64,000 bases of DNA from Selaginella moellendorffii. Taxonomy: Eukaryota; Plantae; Lycopodiophyta. Made by a program: the position numbers and the translations under genes. The notes under the pieces are model-generated. The model searched no databases. It saw nothing but the letters and a program-made list of their open reading frames with translations, and was not told where the DNA came from. The stretch is taken from contig NW_003314265.1 in NCBI RefSeq assembly GCF_000143415.4, positions 3,277,383 through 3,341,382 on the forward strand, read 5' to 3'. Positions within the stretch are counted from its first letter, which is position 1; each line of letters starts with the position of its first letter. Below are positions 22,871 through 35,774 of the stretch, in pieces.

Positions 22871-24270
22871 ATCTAGACACTTTGCATAAATAGTTAATAG
22901 AACCGAACAGGATCAACACATAGGGCATGATAGAGAGGGTGTTTTGATGGATATAGTAAATTATCATCTAATGAATATTGAAGGACCAAGCTTAATATTA
23001 TAGGGGTCTCCCAACATTAGCAAGTGTAAGTCAACAATATAACTTTTTCATCACCATGTCAAATATGCTTGACTAATAACAACTTAGGATTTCCTTCCCT
23101 AGTGCCTTTTCGGTTTAAGTGCACATATGATAACCAGTTTCTCAACTAGCTTATGTAGAGATTAATAATAGGTTCAGCAATATTGACCTTCTGCTATCGT
23201 AGTAGTAAGGAAAGAATATCCAAAAGGACTAGCCAACAAGTAACTTTCAATATTTGCAAGCACATTCGACACTCTCCCCCCCTTAGGGAAGATTGATGTT
23301 CTTGATGTATACTTTACTCTAGACCATTGTTAAAGAAATAACTCTAGAAAAAGTATATGGTATTCACACTTTGTGAGAAATGCACTAACTTAAATGAGTT
23401 AGGGAGTAACTTTTTTATGTAATACAAATGTGCTACAACTCAAATACCTTTCGATTGTCACTAACAAGGAAATGACTAATGACCCTTGCTGCTTTAGGTG
23501 TCATTTAACTTATAAAAGATGATATGCCCATATCTGTAGGTGATATAGAGAGAGAAGCTAGAGGCCCTAACCTTTATAAGTAAACAAACTAAACATGTCG
23601 ATAAAGTTTAGATAAACTACTGTAAATAGGTAGTTAGAGTTGTTTACACATGCACACCCTTTTTAAATGGAATAAGGAACATCAAGAGAGAGGCGGGTGA
23701 TATGATCAGTTGATAATAACTACCCCATAACTAAAGATTTCACTATGCACATGAAGTGCCAAAGTCAGTCTATCTATATTGGCCAAACCCAAAAATCACA
23801 AATGGACAATATCAAAGTCATAGATAATGATATCTAAGAGACCAAATTATCAGTGAATAAATATTAGATTAAAACATAAAAGTATTCCAAGTAAGTTATT
23901 ATCCAATAAACTAGTATTAAGTATACGAAACCACCAAGATCACTATAGTTTGAAGGCATAAAATTAACTATCCAACAATATTCAATAACAAATGTATCAT
24001 TAAAAAAACTCAATGATAAAGCTTAAGTACGAAAAATTGAATATAGTATGCTAAACAATTTATGAAAGACAACTAAAAGAACACAAAATATCATTGATAG
24101 ATAAGTAAAATACTCATGAATGTATCACCCGAAGGTAATAATATCATAATCTATCAGAACTAACTCAAGCAATAATCAATAGAACAAAATGAATGTTGCA
24201 AAACAAACAAATACTCATTTATGCCAACCATCACACTAGCCGATTTGAATAGATTTTAGTCAACCATACT
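22871..24270 (-). mobile_element. Degenerate fragment (partial LTR, PPT, internal) of the LARD-like family
   Basis: Colinear with about 29267-30650 of the young element; ctctccccccc PPT at about 23272. Confidence 0.8.
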
Positions 24271-24797
24271 TGTTGTGAATGTGATTGTGAGTATCAAAAA
24301 TTACCTATCAACCAATCTTTTTGGATATTCTTTCTTTACTACTATAACAACAGGAGGTTAGTATTATTGGACCTTTTATCAGTCCCTCTTGTGCTAATGG
24401 AGTTAATTGGTCATTTCAAGTATACTTAGATTGGATGAGCATAAGGACGGAATTCTTACGTATTATTATCTAAACATACTTAGCTCAATAAGGAGTTCTT
24501 GTCTTGTTGTGTCTTGCATTAGCAACTAATAAAAACCCCCACATATTGAAATTAATCTCTTAATATCGCCAAATGATAGTTTACTATGTTTGCAAAACAC
24601 TCTTGCTATCATGCCCCTTGTGTTGGTTTCATTTCTAGTCCCATTAGCTATTTATGGAAAATGTCTAGATTTGTTCATTTGGCATATCTATAGAATGTAG
24701 AGATTATCCTAAATACGATGGTGTTGTTTCTGCATCCAAATTCCAATTTAGTGTCATTTTATATTTAGTAAGTTTTTGTGATTGTCTTAGAGACTAA

Positions 24798-25297
24798 TGC
24801 TAGCAACCAAAGAGAACGACTCAAGAAATAATCTATAAGGGTTTAAATATAAAGGGAAAGTGCCCCATAAATAAAAGTGCACCCTCTTTTTCAATTAGTT
24901 AAGGGTTTTAGATACTTAGGGTTTAGCGTTTAAATTTAAATGATACTGGGTTAGGTGACCTCCCAAGAAGCCCAAATTCAAAAGTTTATATTTGGTATCA
25001 AAGGGGTCTTAGGTCTGACTTTGTTGGTTAGCTAATGGAATCACACCATATGTTAATTAACATTTGGCAGGTTTAGTTTGCCTTTGGCTGGGCTTGACCA
25101 GAGGGTTAGGGTGTCAATAAAGTAGGGCTCTTAAAAGAGCTATGGCCTTTAGCTTTCGTTCACGAGGGTGTGAATTTGCAAAGAAGTGTGATGGATTATA
25201 AGTAATCAAAGAAAATGATTTGAGAGATAAGGAAGGGAAATGGCCCATGAATAAAAGTGCACCCTTTTTTTGGGAAGTTCAAATTCAAAAACTTATA
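24798..25297 (+). mobile_element. Cassandra-like TRIM (5S rRNA-derived LTR core); 3' LTR internally deleted
   Basis: LTR 24798-24990, PBS tggtatcaaag at 24993, internal region matching 38966-39170, 3' LTR 25198-25297, TSD ACTAA on both sides. Confidence 0.8.
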
Positions 25298-25361
25298 ACT
25301 AACTACTGTAGGGGGTTCCAAATGTATAGTAGGGATAATGGGTAGGTTGGGGATGGGTAAC

Positions 25362-27096
25362 TATGAGACACAAAATCCCTAGGCCCCAAAGTGGAGCCGG
25401 AAAGGATGCCACGTGGTAGTGGCCGAAGCGAAAGCCCAAACAAGTGTAACACGTTTGGACTAAAAGCTCTAACTTGGAAGGTCGAGAGCGGGAGTGGAAC
25501 TCCCAACAAAGTGCTCAAGGAGTGAGCACGAAGCGAGCAATAAGCAAGGCTCCAAAAAAAAGGACCAACACATGACACGTGGAAGTGTCCGAGATGGGGT
25601 CCGAGGCGGACCCTAGTTGGAGTCCGAGATGGACCCGAAGTGGAGTCCAATATGGAGTCCGAGATGGACCCGAAGTGGAGTCCGATATGGAGTCCGAGAT
25701 GGACCCGAAGTGGAGTTCGAGGTGGACCGAGACGGAGTCCGAGATGGACCCGAGATGGAGTCTGAGATGGAGTCCGAGATGGAGTCCGAGGTGGACCGAG
25801 ACGGAGTCCGAGATGGACCCGAGATGGAGTCCGAGATGGACCGAGACGGAGTCCGAGATGGAGTCCGAGATGGACCGAGACGGAGTCCGAGATGGAGTCC
25901 AAGATGGAGTCCGAGAAGGACCCGAGATGGAGTCCGAGGTCGAGATCGAGACCGGGACCAAGACCGAGACCGAGACTGAGACCGGGACCAAGATCGAGAC
26001 CGGGACCGAGACCGCGACCGAGGCCAAGGCTGAGACCGAGCCCGAGCCCGAGTCCGAGTCCGAGTCCGAGTCCGAGTCTGAGTCCGAGTTCGAGTCTGAG
26101 AGGGTGAAAGCCCAAAGCGTTCATCTCCCAGACCCTGGGGGGTTTGGTGAGCTCCAAAAGTATAGTAAGGGGGAGGACTGCAGTGGAGCCAGTTTGGCCA
26201 GGAAAGGCCAATTTGGCCCAGGAAGGCCAGACCCTGTGTTGGGTGATGAACTGACCACTGGGAAGTCCAAGACTAGAGTGAATACGGACCGACAAACGGG
26301 GTAGCTTGGTGAAGTGTTCAAGAGCCGGCTCTAGTTCCCCCGGGAGATCGACTGGCCGATGCTCCCAGTCCAAGTGTGGGTGGCACTACCTACTTGGATA
26401 CTAGGCGTGGCTCAACAGAACCTCGCTCTAAGCCCATGGCTAGAGCACCTAAAGGCGATAGGTGGGGAGAGTACCCAGGTGGCTCGGGTAAGGCCACGGT
26501 GTTCCAAAATGTCGTCCCAAAGGCCCAGACTGTGGAAAGGAAGAGGAGCAGTCCTCTGGGGTAGTGACCAAGGACACAGTCGTGTGGTGAGGAAGTCCCA
26601 GAGGACCATGGGACTTAGTGGTCGGGCCTGTGGGCCTCGATCCAGTGGCAGTGTTGGCAAACACGGCCAAGGGCAGAAAGGGACTTGGTAGGAACTAACA
26701 AAGGGACTTTGGGGAAGGCGATTCCCCAGGTCTGTGGGCATCCTAAGGATGCTAAGGAGTGGATCTAGGATGACCCCTCATGGACAGATGGCCCAGTCTT
26801 GGAGAGACGGGATGGTGATGCAAGTGGTATTGGACCACTAGCGCAGCAAAGGTGAATGGGCATGGCCTTAGCGTAACGGGCCGAGATGTCAGTGGTACCT
26901 TTGGGTGTCGGTCATGGGATCGGACACGTGGAGCACTTGGACCAAGTGCAAAGGTTGAGTGGCATGGATGCCATTCTCGGGGCTAGCAAGCCCCAAGTCC
27001 TGAATGGGACTTATGGAGGTTGTGAATGAGACTCCTCCAAGTGGTCGGAGGTGTGGTTAAGTGACTAAAGTAGAATGGAAAAATTAGTCGCTTACA
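25362..27096. mobile_element. GC-rich 1.73-kb insertion, probable solo LTR of an unrelated family, containing a tandem-repeat array
   Basis: Interrupts the host LTR. Ends ta(tg?)tgag...cttaca with near-TSD GTAAC/GTAAT. No recognisable coding domain. Confidence 0.6.
25587..26100. repeat. Hexamer/dodecamer minisatellite (GAGTCCGAGATG, grading into CCGAGA and CCGAGT)
   Basis: Direct reading of the tandem units. Confidence 0.9.
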
Positions 27097-28518
27097 GTAA
27101 TCTTATTCTTGTTCTACATCTGACTTAAGTCTAAACTTAAGTTCCATTCCAAGCTAGCTAATGAAGTACTTATATCTTTATATTAAGCATATCCTAAAAT
27201 ACTGTGAGACTCCATTTAGCTCCATTCTTCGTGTTAGTTTTACAATTGAGATGTTGGAAGCTCTAGGATTGTTCTAACATTGCTCTATGCTTTTTTCCCT
27301 TTGCTCCATACTATGTTAGAAAGCTCACTTAACAATTTAATATTTATATTTATGTAAAGGTTAAACTTTTATTTCTTTCCCACTCATAAAAAACACCTAA
27401 AAGTGGATTACTATATATTAAGTTGAATGCTCAAAAGTCACTCCATGATCTAGTTTCTTCATTCCTTAATTGCAAATTTGGAAGTTTAGCTCTGTTCCTT
27501 CATTTAGTGGCCCAAGGCCCTAAAACTTGGGTTTTGCTCCATTGTCTTTAGACACATGGCATATGGCATATGGTATATGACTCATATGACTCATATGGCA
27601 CATGGAGGGTTTAGGTTTCACTTCATGATTATTCTATAGTAAACCACTATAGGATAAACGGTGAAAATCATATATGTTACATTTGGTATTAAAGAATAAA
27701 CCTTAATGAATATTGTTCAATAAAATTGGGCAACTAGTCTTGTTACATATGTAGAAATGAAAACAATGATCCAAATGGGTACATGTTTAGGTGTCATGAC
27801 TTTGCATTTGTTCATTGGGTATGGATTTTGATTACCTTCTTGTACCATATTGAGTGAACTTGCTCTTGTGCTTATAAGATGGATTGAAATGTACCATTTG
27901 CACGAGTTTGCACTTGGGCTCATGAGTGAGGCACATTAGCAACTCAAGGTTACACTTGAGTCGGTAGGATTAATGTTAACCTATCATTGGTTACCGTGAG
28001 TTGTTCCATGTACTATGGGTAAAAATAAACCTTCTCTAGATTTGCTATGAGTGGCGAATAAGCTAGTCTATAGCTATTTAGCACAACACTAGTGGATCTT
28101 TCCTAGGCATGATTATAAATGGATCAATCAAAACTGTAGGGGTTAGTCTTTTGGTTCAAATAATTATTGCCATGCTCTTTTATAAAAAAAATTTGGATTG
28201 GAACTAAAGGTAGTGCAAACATAAGCTTGAGGTTTAATCAAGATGAGACCGAAAAGAAGAGCTTGTGTACCAATATAAGTCTATCTCATGGTTTTCACTT
28301 TAATTTCGGTTGGGTGTTGATCATGTATAGTTAGTCTTTTCAAGACATGCTCAGACCTATTAGCTAAATGTATTAGTGATTTTATTGTTGTTAGTCATTT
28401 AGTCTGTGCTTGTCTATATTCCTATATCTCATACCTAAGGTTACACCTTCATGTTGCACAAGTATATGACTTAATGATGTGAGTTAGTGTTTAGGTCTTA
28501 TAAAGGTAAGTTGAAGAG

Positions 28519-31500
28519 TGTAGCGCATGTGGTTTTGACCCTTTATCCTATGGTGATTTACCATAGGATAACACCACGAAGCGGAACCTAGACCCTCTTT
28601 GTGCCACGTGACAGATGCCACGTGTCACATGCCACGTGTCCATGCCACGTGTCCACAGGAACCCGAGGTTCAGGGCCTTGGGCCACTGAACGAAGGAACG
28701 GTGCCAAACTCCCAAGCGTGACGCCAAGGAGTGATGGAACCGGACCACGGAGCAACTCCCGAGCATATAGCCCAAGGAGCGAAGGGACAGGGGCCCGGAG
28801 CGACTTGGAACAGTCCTAGAGCAACCAGCATCCCAATGCCAGGACCAGCACGCAAAACGGAGCCAAACGGAGTCTGGCGCTATTTCGGCATACCGGTGGC
28901 CTAACGTGAGAGTATGGGTACTCCACCAGCTAGCATGGAATGGAACTTGGGCTTAGACCCAAGCCGGACGCAGAACAAGGACAGGCACGCAAGCGGGAGC
29001 TAGACTATGCCTCAGGTTGGTCAGCCATGCCCGACCTACCCACTATCCCTACTATACATTTGGAACCCCCCACAGCCCCCCCCCCCTTGAGGAACACACG
29101 CTTTGGGCTTTCACCCCAAGCCTCCCTTAGTATCAGGAGTTAGTCTCTGGGACAAGCTTAAAACTTACTAAATATGGAATGTCCTTAGAATGCGAATTTG
29201 GACACAGGACGAATACCATTGTGTTCAGGCCGATCTCTACATTCCGTAGATATGCCAAATGAGCAAATCTAGACACTTTCCATAAATAGCATTTGGGACC
29301 GAAATGAGACTAACACAAAGGGCATGATAGCGAGGGTGTTTGGCAGACACGGTAAGCTATCATCTAGCGATATTGAGGGACCAAGCTCAATATCGCGGGG
29401 GTTCCCAACACTAGCAAGTGCAAGTCAACGAATGAGTTTCTCTAACCAGGTCAAGTATGCTTGACTAAATAGACACTTAGGAATTCCTTCCTTATGCTCA
29501 TCTGGTCAAGTGCACACGCGAGGACCAGTTTCTCAACTAGCTTAGGCAGAGACTGATAACGGGTCCAGCAATACCGACCTCTTGCCATCGTGGCAATAAG
29601 GTAAGAGTGTCCGTAAGGACTAGCCGACAGGTAACTTTCGATACCCGAAGTCACATTCGCGACACTCTCCCCCCCTTGGGAAGATCGACGTCCTCGTCGA
29701 TGCATACTCCAGTCTAGAATACCGCCAAGGAAACAACTATGTGAGAAATGCACCAACTTAAATGAGTTAGGGAGCAACCTCTTTGTCTAACGCGGATGCG
29801 CTACCAGCTCAGACACCTTCCGGCCGTCGCCGACAAGGAAATGACCAACGGAGTCAGCCACCCTTGCTGCTCTAGGAGTCACCCAGCTTACAAAAGTGTG
29901 ATATGCCCTGCCCGCAGAGACATAGAGAGAGGAACCAGAGGCCCCAACCCTCCTGAGCAAAGAAACCAAACCCGTCGGTAAGGTTTAGATAGACTACTGT
30001 AAACAGGCAGTTAGAGTTGTTTACACGGTCACGCCCTTTCAATGGAATAAGGAACATCGACAGAGAGGCGGGTGATGTGACCAGTCGACAGTAGCTACCC
30101 CATGACTAGAGATTTCAACATGCACACGAAGTGCCGAAGCCAGTCTGCCTATACTGGCCCAAACTCAAAGATCAATATATAGGGACTATATCGAAGTCAT
30201 AAACAATGATATCTTAGAGATGTAATTATCAGTGAATAATGCTTAGATGAGAACACAAATGTATTCCAAATAAGTTATCATCCGATAAACGAGTATTACA
30301 GTATAGAAACCACCAAGATCACTATAATTGGTAAACATAGGAATCACCATCCAACAAAATTTAATAGCAAGTATATCATCAAGGAAACTCAATGATGAAA
30401 CTTAACTATCGAAGATGGTAGAGAGAATGCCAAACAACTTACGAAAGATAACTCAAAGAACACAAAGTATCATTTGACTGGCAAACCAAATTTTGGCGAA
30501 TGTATCACCCAAAGGAAATAACATCCAAATCTATCAAAACTAACTCAAGCAACAATCAACAGAAGAGAATGAATGTGGTAAGACCAACAAACACTCATTC
30601 CTGCCAACTATCACAAAAGCCAATCTGAATAGATCCCAGTCAACAATACCAAGGAACTCAAGTTGCCTAAGCAAGTGTTAGCAACATCCTACTGACGTCT
30701 CAAACCCAAGAGACCAATCCAGAGCAAACCACAAACAACTTGTGGTATTACAAAAAGCCAAAAGCTATCAAAGAGAACAACTAACCATCATGAAAGATCA
30801 TTAATCATCCCATCAATAAGAGATATGCAGAATCATCGTCTTAGAAGGAATCCACCATCCCGAAGAATAGCAAATCAATCTAGATCAACGATAATCAAGC
30901 AAAACCTCGTACAAGGATAATCAATTATCCTAGATGATAGTCAATCATCATCAATGATTGCTAATTTAAAATGCAAATACTAACTTGTACATCGAAGCTA
31001 AAGAGCCAAAAATGCCTTCCCCAACAACTTCTAACAAATGGAACAATGAGCATAAAACTCAAAGGACCAAAAGTTCGAAGAAGCTTATAGCCAAGTCTTA
31101 CTTAATAATGATCACGAGTCTCATAGAAGCTAACTTCAATGCTAAAGAAGAACTCATAGTGCAACCCACAATGTCTTCCTCAACACATCCATAAGCTAAA
31201 CTCCATAATGCCAAAGCTAATGAAAAGCATTTTTGCATCAATCCAAAAGCTAAGCACAATGGAGCTATGCTCAACAAGTGATCACTAAATGATCCTCCAT
31301 GAATCCATCTATAGCAAGACGTAACTCACTTCATAGCAAGCACAAGAAGAATCATCAATGATTGATATATTTCAACTAAAATCCCATAAGGATTCAAAAA
31401 TATTCCAACATCGATCACTAACTCTCCCACTTGTAGAGTTAGCATAGTCCATGACTAAATCACTTTTCAAGGAAAATCTCAAAGCTCAACCCCTACTAAA

Positions 31501-34500
31501 TAATCTCGTCTAAAGCACAACTAACTCAACTTGCCACTCAGTTCATTTGAACGTCAACAGAGTTGCTAACTAGCAAAATGCACAAATGCCAACAACACAA
31601 AGCTATAGCCAAATCATCAACACTATATTCATCAAGACTAATGAAACTCAATATCAATCCTTGGAAGGATATCTCATTTCACTCAGATCTCAATATCAAC
31701 AATATCAATAACAAGGCATCACTTCAATGCCATCAACATCAGGACAAAGCTAGAAGAAAGCAAGAGTGAATCACCACTCGGAGCTTTCCAGCAACCAAGC
31801 TAACCAAAGTCGAAGATACTATACTTAGTATCCGAGACCAATCCTTCAGCAATACTCAGTTACAGATAACATTTCATCAAAGAGTGAATCACCACATCCA
31901 AGACTCAATGAAATCCAACACCACAGACTAAACGTAACCAAATGATATCGACAGAGATAGAATCGATATACTAACATAGAAAACCTATGCAAGTCTAACG
32001 ACACGATCCTCCGCAACACCATCCGGTAAAGCAAGCCCATCACTGCTAAATCATCATCGAGCAAAGCAAGTGTCAACTGTCCTTGATGAAGTCTACAAGT
32101 AATCACTAGTCGCAAAGCAACTAACAATCACTCTTCAACTTGCGTTCACAAGACCCAAACACCAACTCATATCATCAAGTCACATACTTGTCCAACATGA
32201 ACATAATACCCCAGGTACGAGATAAAAGTTCATAGACAAGCACAAACTAAATGACCACTCGAATCCAACTCAACCGCAATAAGCTCACTAATGCATTTAG
32301 TCAATAGCTCTGAGCATGCCTTGAAGAGGCTAGCTATGCATGATCAACACTTAGCCGAAACTAAAATGAAGACCATGAGATGGACTCATATTGGTACACA
32401 ACCTCCTCATAGACAAAGCTATAGTACAGGTACCAACATTTCAACTTGTAAACAACTAAGTTGGACATCACCATCCTTAGTCAAGGTGCAGGACCACCAG
32501 GACCAAGTCAAGATCAGTGAGAGCTCACTACTCTCATAGAGTCTTAACAAAATGCAAGGTGCAACCTGCCACCGAGCATAATGCTACAAAAGAAAGGCAC
32601 AAGAGTCACCCTTCTTAGAAAAGTGCAACGGCCACTTTTCTACATCAACTCCAGACTCTATCCAACCCAATTGCTTTAGCCCCAAAAGTCAGCATCCCTT
32701 TTCGGGTTGCATCATACAAACTATATACTAAGGTCTAAGTTAACCAAAGTTAACTCGAACCCCTTCACTAGTTTGTACTGGCTTACAAAGAAAAATGGAA
32801 TGGTTTTCGGCAAAGTGATCAACAGATCAGCCATTGGAAAAGCCTAAGAAAATTTGTGGAAAATTTCCATCCTAGAGAAAGAATGACTCTTAGTCCAGGA
32901 TTGCAAACTTTCAAGACTCAACCAACTTCCTCCTACCAACAACTTCACATAGGTTCACTTCAACACCAATTCTCATGACCCATAGTATGCTTAAGCCTCG
33001 AACATCTTTGCCCATCTAACCGATATCCAACACCGACATCCGCAAAGTGCTAAATGAGCATCCAAGGCTTGATCACAAAGACCACATCATCGGATATCCA
33101 CATTGCACTAACACTCTTCTTCAACCACTTTCAAGATCCAATGTGAAGCCAAAACACTAACAAGAAAAATGACATGGAAAATCAAGCTCTAAGGAAACTT
33201 CCTCATCACTTGAAATAACAATGCCACCTCCACTAACACAAGTGTTAGTGATGTCAATGTCCCAACTACACATCTTCTCCATCCAACAATCTACTCCAAG
33301 TGCTAACAGATCAACCGACAAGTCATAGCAAGTGAATGCTATAACCCTTTTCCAACACCTAATGGGCAAACCCTCAAAGAAACAAGGTACCAACATAAGC
33401 TTAGCATAATGGACCACTATAGAGAATCCAGTCAAAGCTACTATAATGCTACTTCGTGCAAGTAGATTAGCTTCTCCATCAACCACTTTGGGGTTGATCA
33501 TCATTTACCCAAGCAACTTCGTAAACGCATTACTCTTTATCACATGGATATGATATAAGCATCACAATGACTTGATCATCAATTGAGTAACGCAATGAGC
33601 AATGCCTATGTCATTACTTCAAATGTTTATGTGAGTATCAAATGCCAACTCGATTCGACAAAATGCAACATAAATGCCACACTCCACCAATAGAGGTTTA
33701 CGACACCCAACACCACTAACTTTTTTTCACAACACGGACAAGCTCATGCCACTCTCTTTCCGACCAATCTCAAAACTATTCCAACACCAAGCTACTCAAG
33801 GAGCAATAGCAAGGTTCCCCGGAAAAGAATTGAGCATTGCAACCCAAGTCTTCCAATAGCAAGCTTAGACAAAATGGATTAGCGCTTCACCGCTATCCAT
33901 CCCATAACTCACCATTGTAAGACCACCATCTCCAACATGCGTCAAAATAGGGACTCTTGATTGCATAATGTGAATATGAGCAATGAGTCACACCTCGTTG
34001 CAAATCATCTCTCCAAGAAGAAAAGATGATTTACGTGTTTGATCCTTCATCCCCGATGACTCTCTTTTCGGTCTCATCTTTGACCAAACCTCAAGCTTGC
34101 TTTCGCACTGCCTTCAGTCTAATCCAAGAAAAGTTTATGAGAGAGCACGGCAATGACTACTTGAACCAATAGACTAATCCCTATAGTCTTGATTGATCCA
34201 CCTGTAATCATGCCTAGGAAAGATCCACTAGTGCCGTGCTAAACAGCTACGGACCAGCCTATTTGCCACTCATAGCAAACCCAAGGAAAGTTTACTTTCA
34301 CCCACGGTACATGAAACAACTCATGAAACCACCGATAGGCTAACATTAATCCTGCCAACTCAAAGTGTAACCTCGAGTTGCTAATGTGCCTCACTCACGA
34401 GCCCAAGCGCAAACTCGTGCAAATTGGAACAACCTATTCCCTCTTATGAGCCCAAGCTCAAGCTCACATCATAAGGTATAACAAGGTAACAATATTTATA

Positions 34501-35774
34501 CCCAAGGAACAATTCCGAAGTCTTTGCACCCAAACGTGTACCCACTCGGATCATCGTTTTCATCTCTGCGTATGCAACGAGACTAGTTGCCCAATCTCAT
34601 TGGATAGTTCTCGCCGAGACTCATCCTCTGATACCAAATGTAGCGCATGTGGTTTTGACCCTTTATCCTATGGTGATTTACCATAGGATAACACCACGAA
34701 GCGGAACCTAGACCCTCTTTGTGCCACGTGACAGTCACATGCCACGTGTCCATGCCACGTGTCCACAGGAACCCGAGGTTCAGGGCCTTGGGCCACTGAA
34801 CGAAGGAACGGTGCCAAACTCCCAAGCGTGACGCCAAGGAGTGATGGAACCGGACCACTGAGCAACTCCCGAGCATATAGCCCAAGGAGCGAAGGGACAG
34901 GGGCCCGGAGAGACTTGGAACAGTCCTAGAGCAACCAGCATCCCAATGCCAGGACCAGCACGCAAAACGGAGCCAAACGGAGTCTGGCGCTATTTCGGCA
35001 TACCGGTGGCCTAACGTGAGAGTATGGGTACTCCACCAGCTAGCATGGAATGGAACTTGGGCTTAGACCCAAGCCGGACGCAGAACAAGGACAGGCACGC
35101 AAGCGGGAGCTAGACTATGCCTCAGGTTGGTCAGCCATGCCCGACCTACCCACTATCCCTACTATACATTTGGAACCCCCCACAGCCCCCCCCCCCTTGA
35201 GGAACACACGCTTTGGGCTTTCACCCCAAGCCTCCCTTAGTATCAGGAGTTAGTCTCTAGGACAAGCTTAAAACTTACTAAATATGGAATGTCCTTAGAA
35301 TGCGAATTTGGACACAGGACGAATACCATTGTGTTCAGGCCGATCTCTACATTCCGTAGATATGCCAAATGAGCAAATCTAGACACTTTCCATAAATAGC
35401 ATTTGGGACCGAAATGAGACTAACACAAAGGGCATGATAGCGAGGGTGTTTGGCAGACACGGTAAGCTATCATCTAGCGATATTGAGGGACCAAGCTCAA
35501 TATCGCGGGGGTTCCCAACACTAGCAAGTGCAAGTCAACGAATGAGTTTCTCTAACCAGGTCAAGTATGCTTGACTAAATAGACACTTAGGAATTCCTTC
35601 CTTATGCTCATCTGGTCAAGTGCACACGCGAGGACCAGTTTCTCAACTAGCTTAGGCAGAGACTGATAACGGGTCCAGCAATACCGACCTCTTGCCATCG
35701 TGGCAATAAGGTAAGAGTGTCCGTAAGGACTAGCCGACAGGTAACTTTCGATACCCGAAGTCACATTCGCGACA
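28519..35774 (-). mobile_element. Young full-length non-autonomous LTR retroelement (LARD-like), 7256 bp
   Basis: LTRs 34639-35774 (5') and 28519-29664 (3') with TG...CA ends differ by only about 3 substitutions and one 10-bp indel. PBS TGGTATCAGAG (tRNA-iMet) at 34626-34636, PPT at 29665-29676, TSD AAGAG. The 4974-bp interior has no ORF longer than 115 aa. Confidence 0.95.
28602..28653. promoter_or_regulatory. Cluster of four G-box/ABRE motifs (TGCCACGTG(T/A)C) in the LTR; three copies at 34722-34763
   Basis: Sequence reads gtgccacgtgacagatgccacgtgtcacatgccacgtgtccatgccacgtgtc. Function is inferred only. Confidence 0.55.

Noticed and set aside
25587-26100. Possible CRISPR-like array
   Set aside because: No unique spacers, eukaryotic context, no cas genes.
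25303-26373. Several long ORFs (LGLG, MESE, RWSP repeats)
   Set aside because: By-products of a stop-free minisatellite.
32400-33600. Copia-like words (GLKQ, DADF, MADLL) in the LARD interior
   Set aside because: Short, in inconsistent frames and order; not supportable without a profile search.
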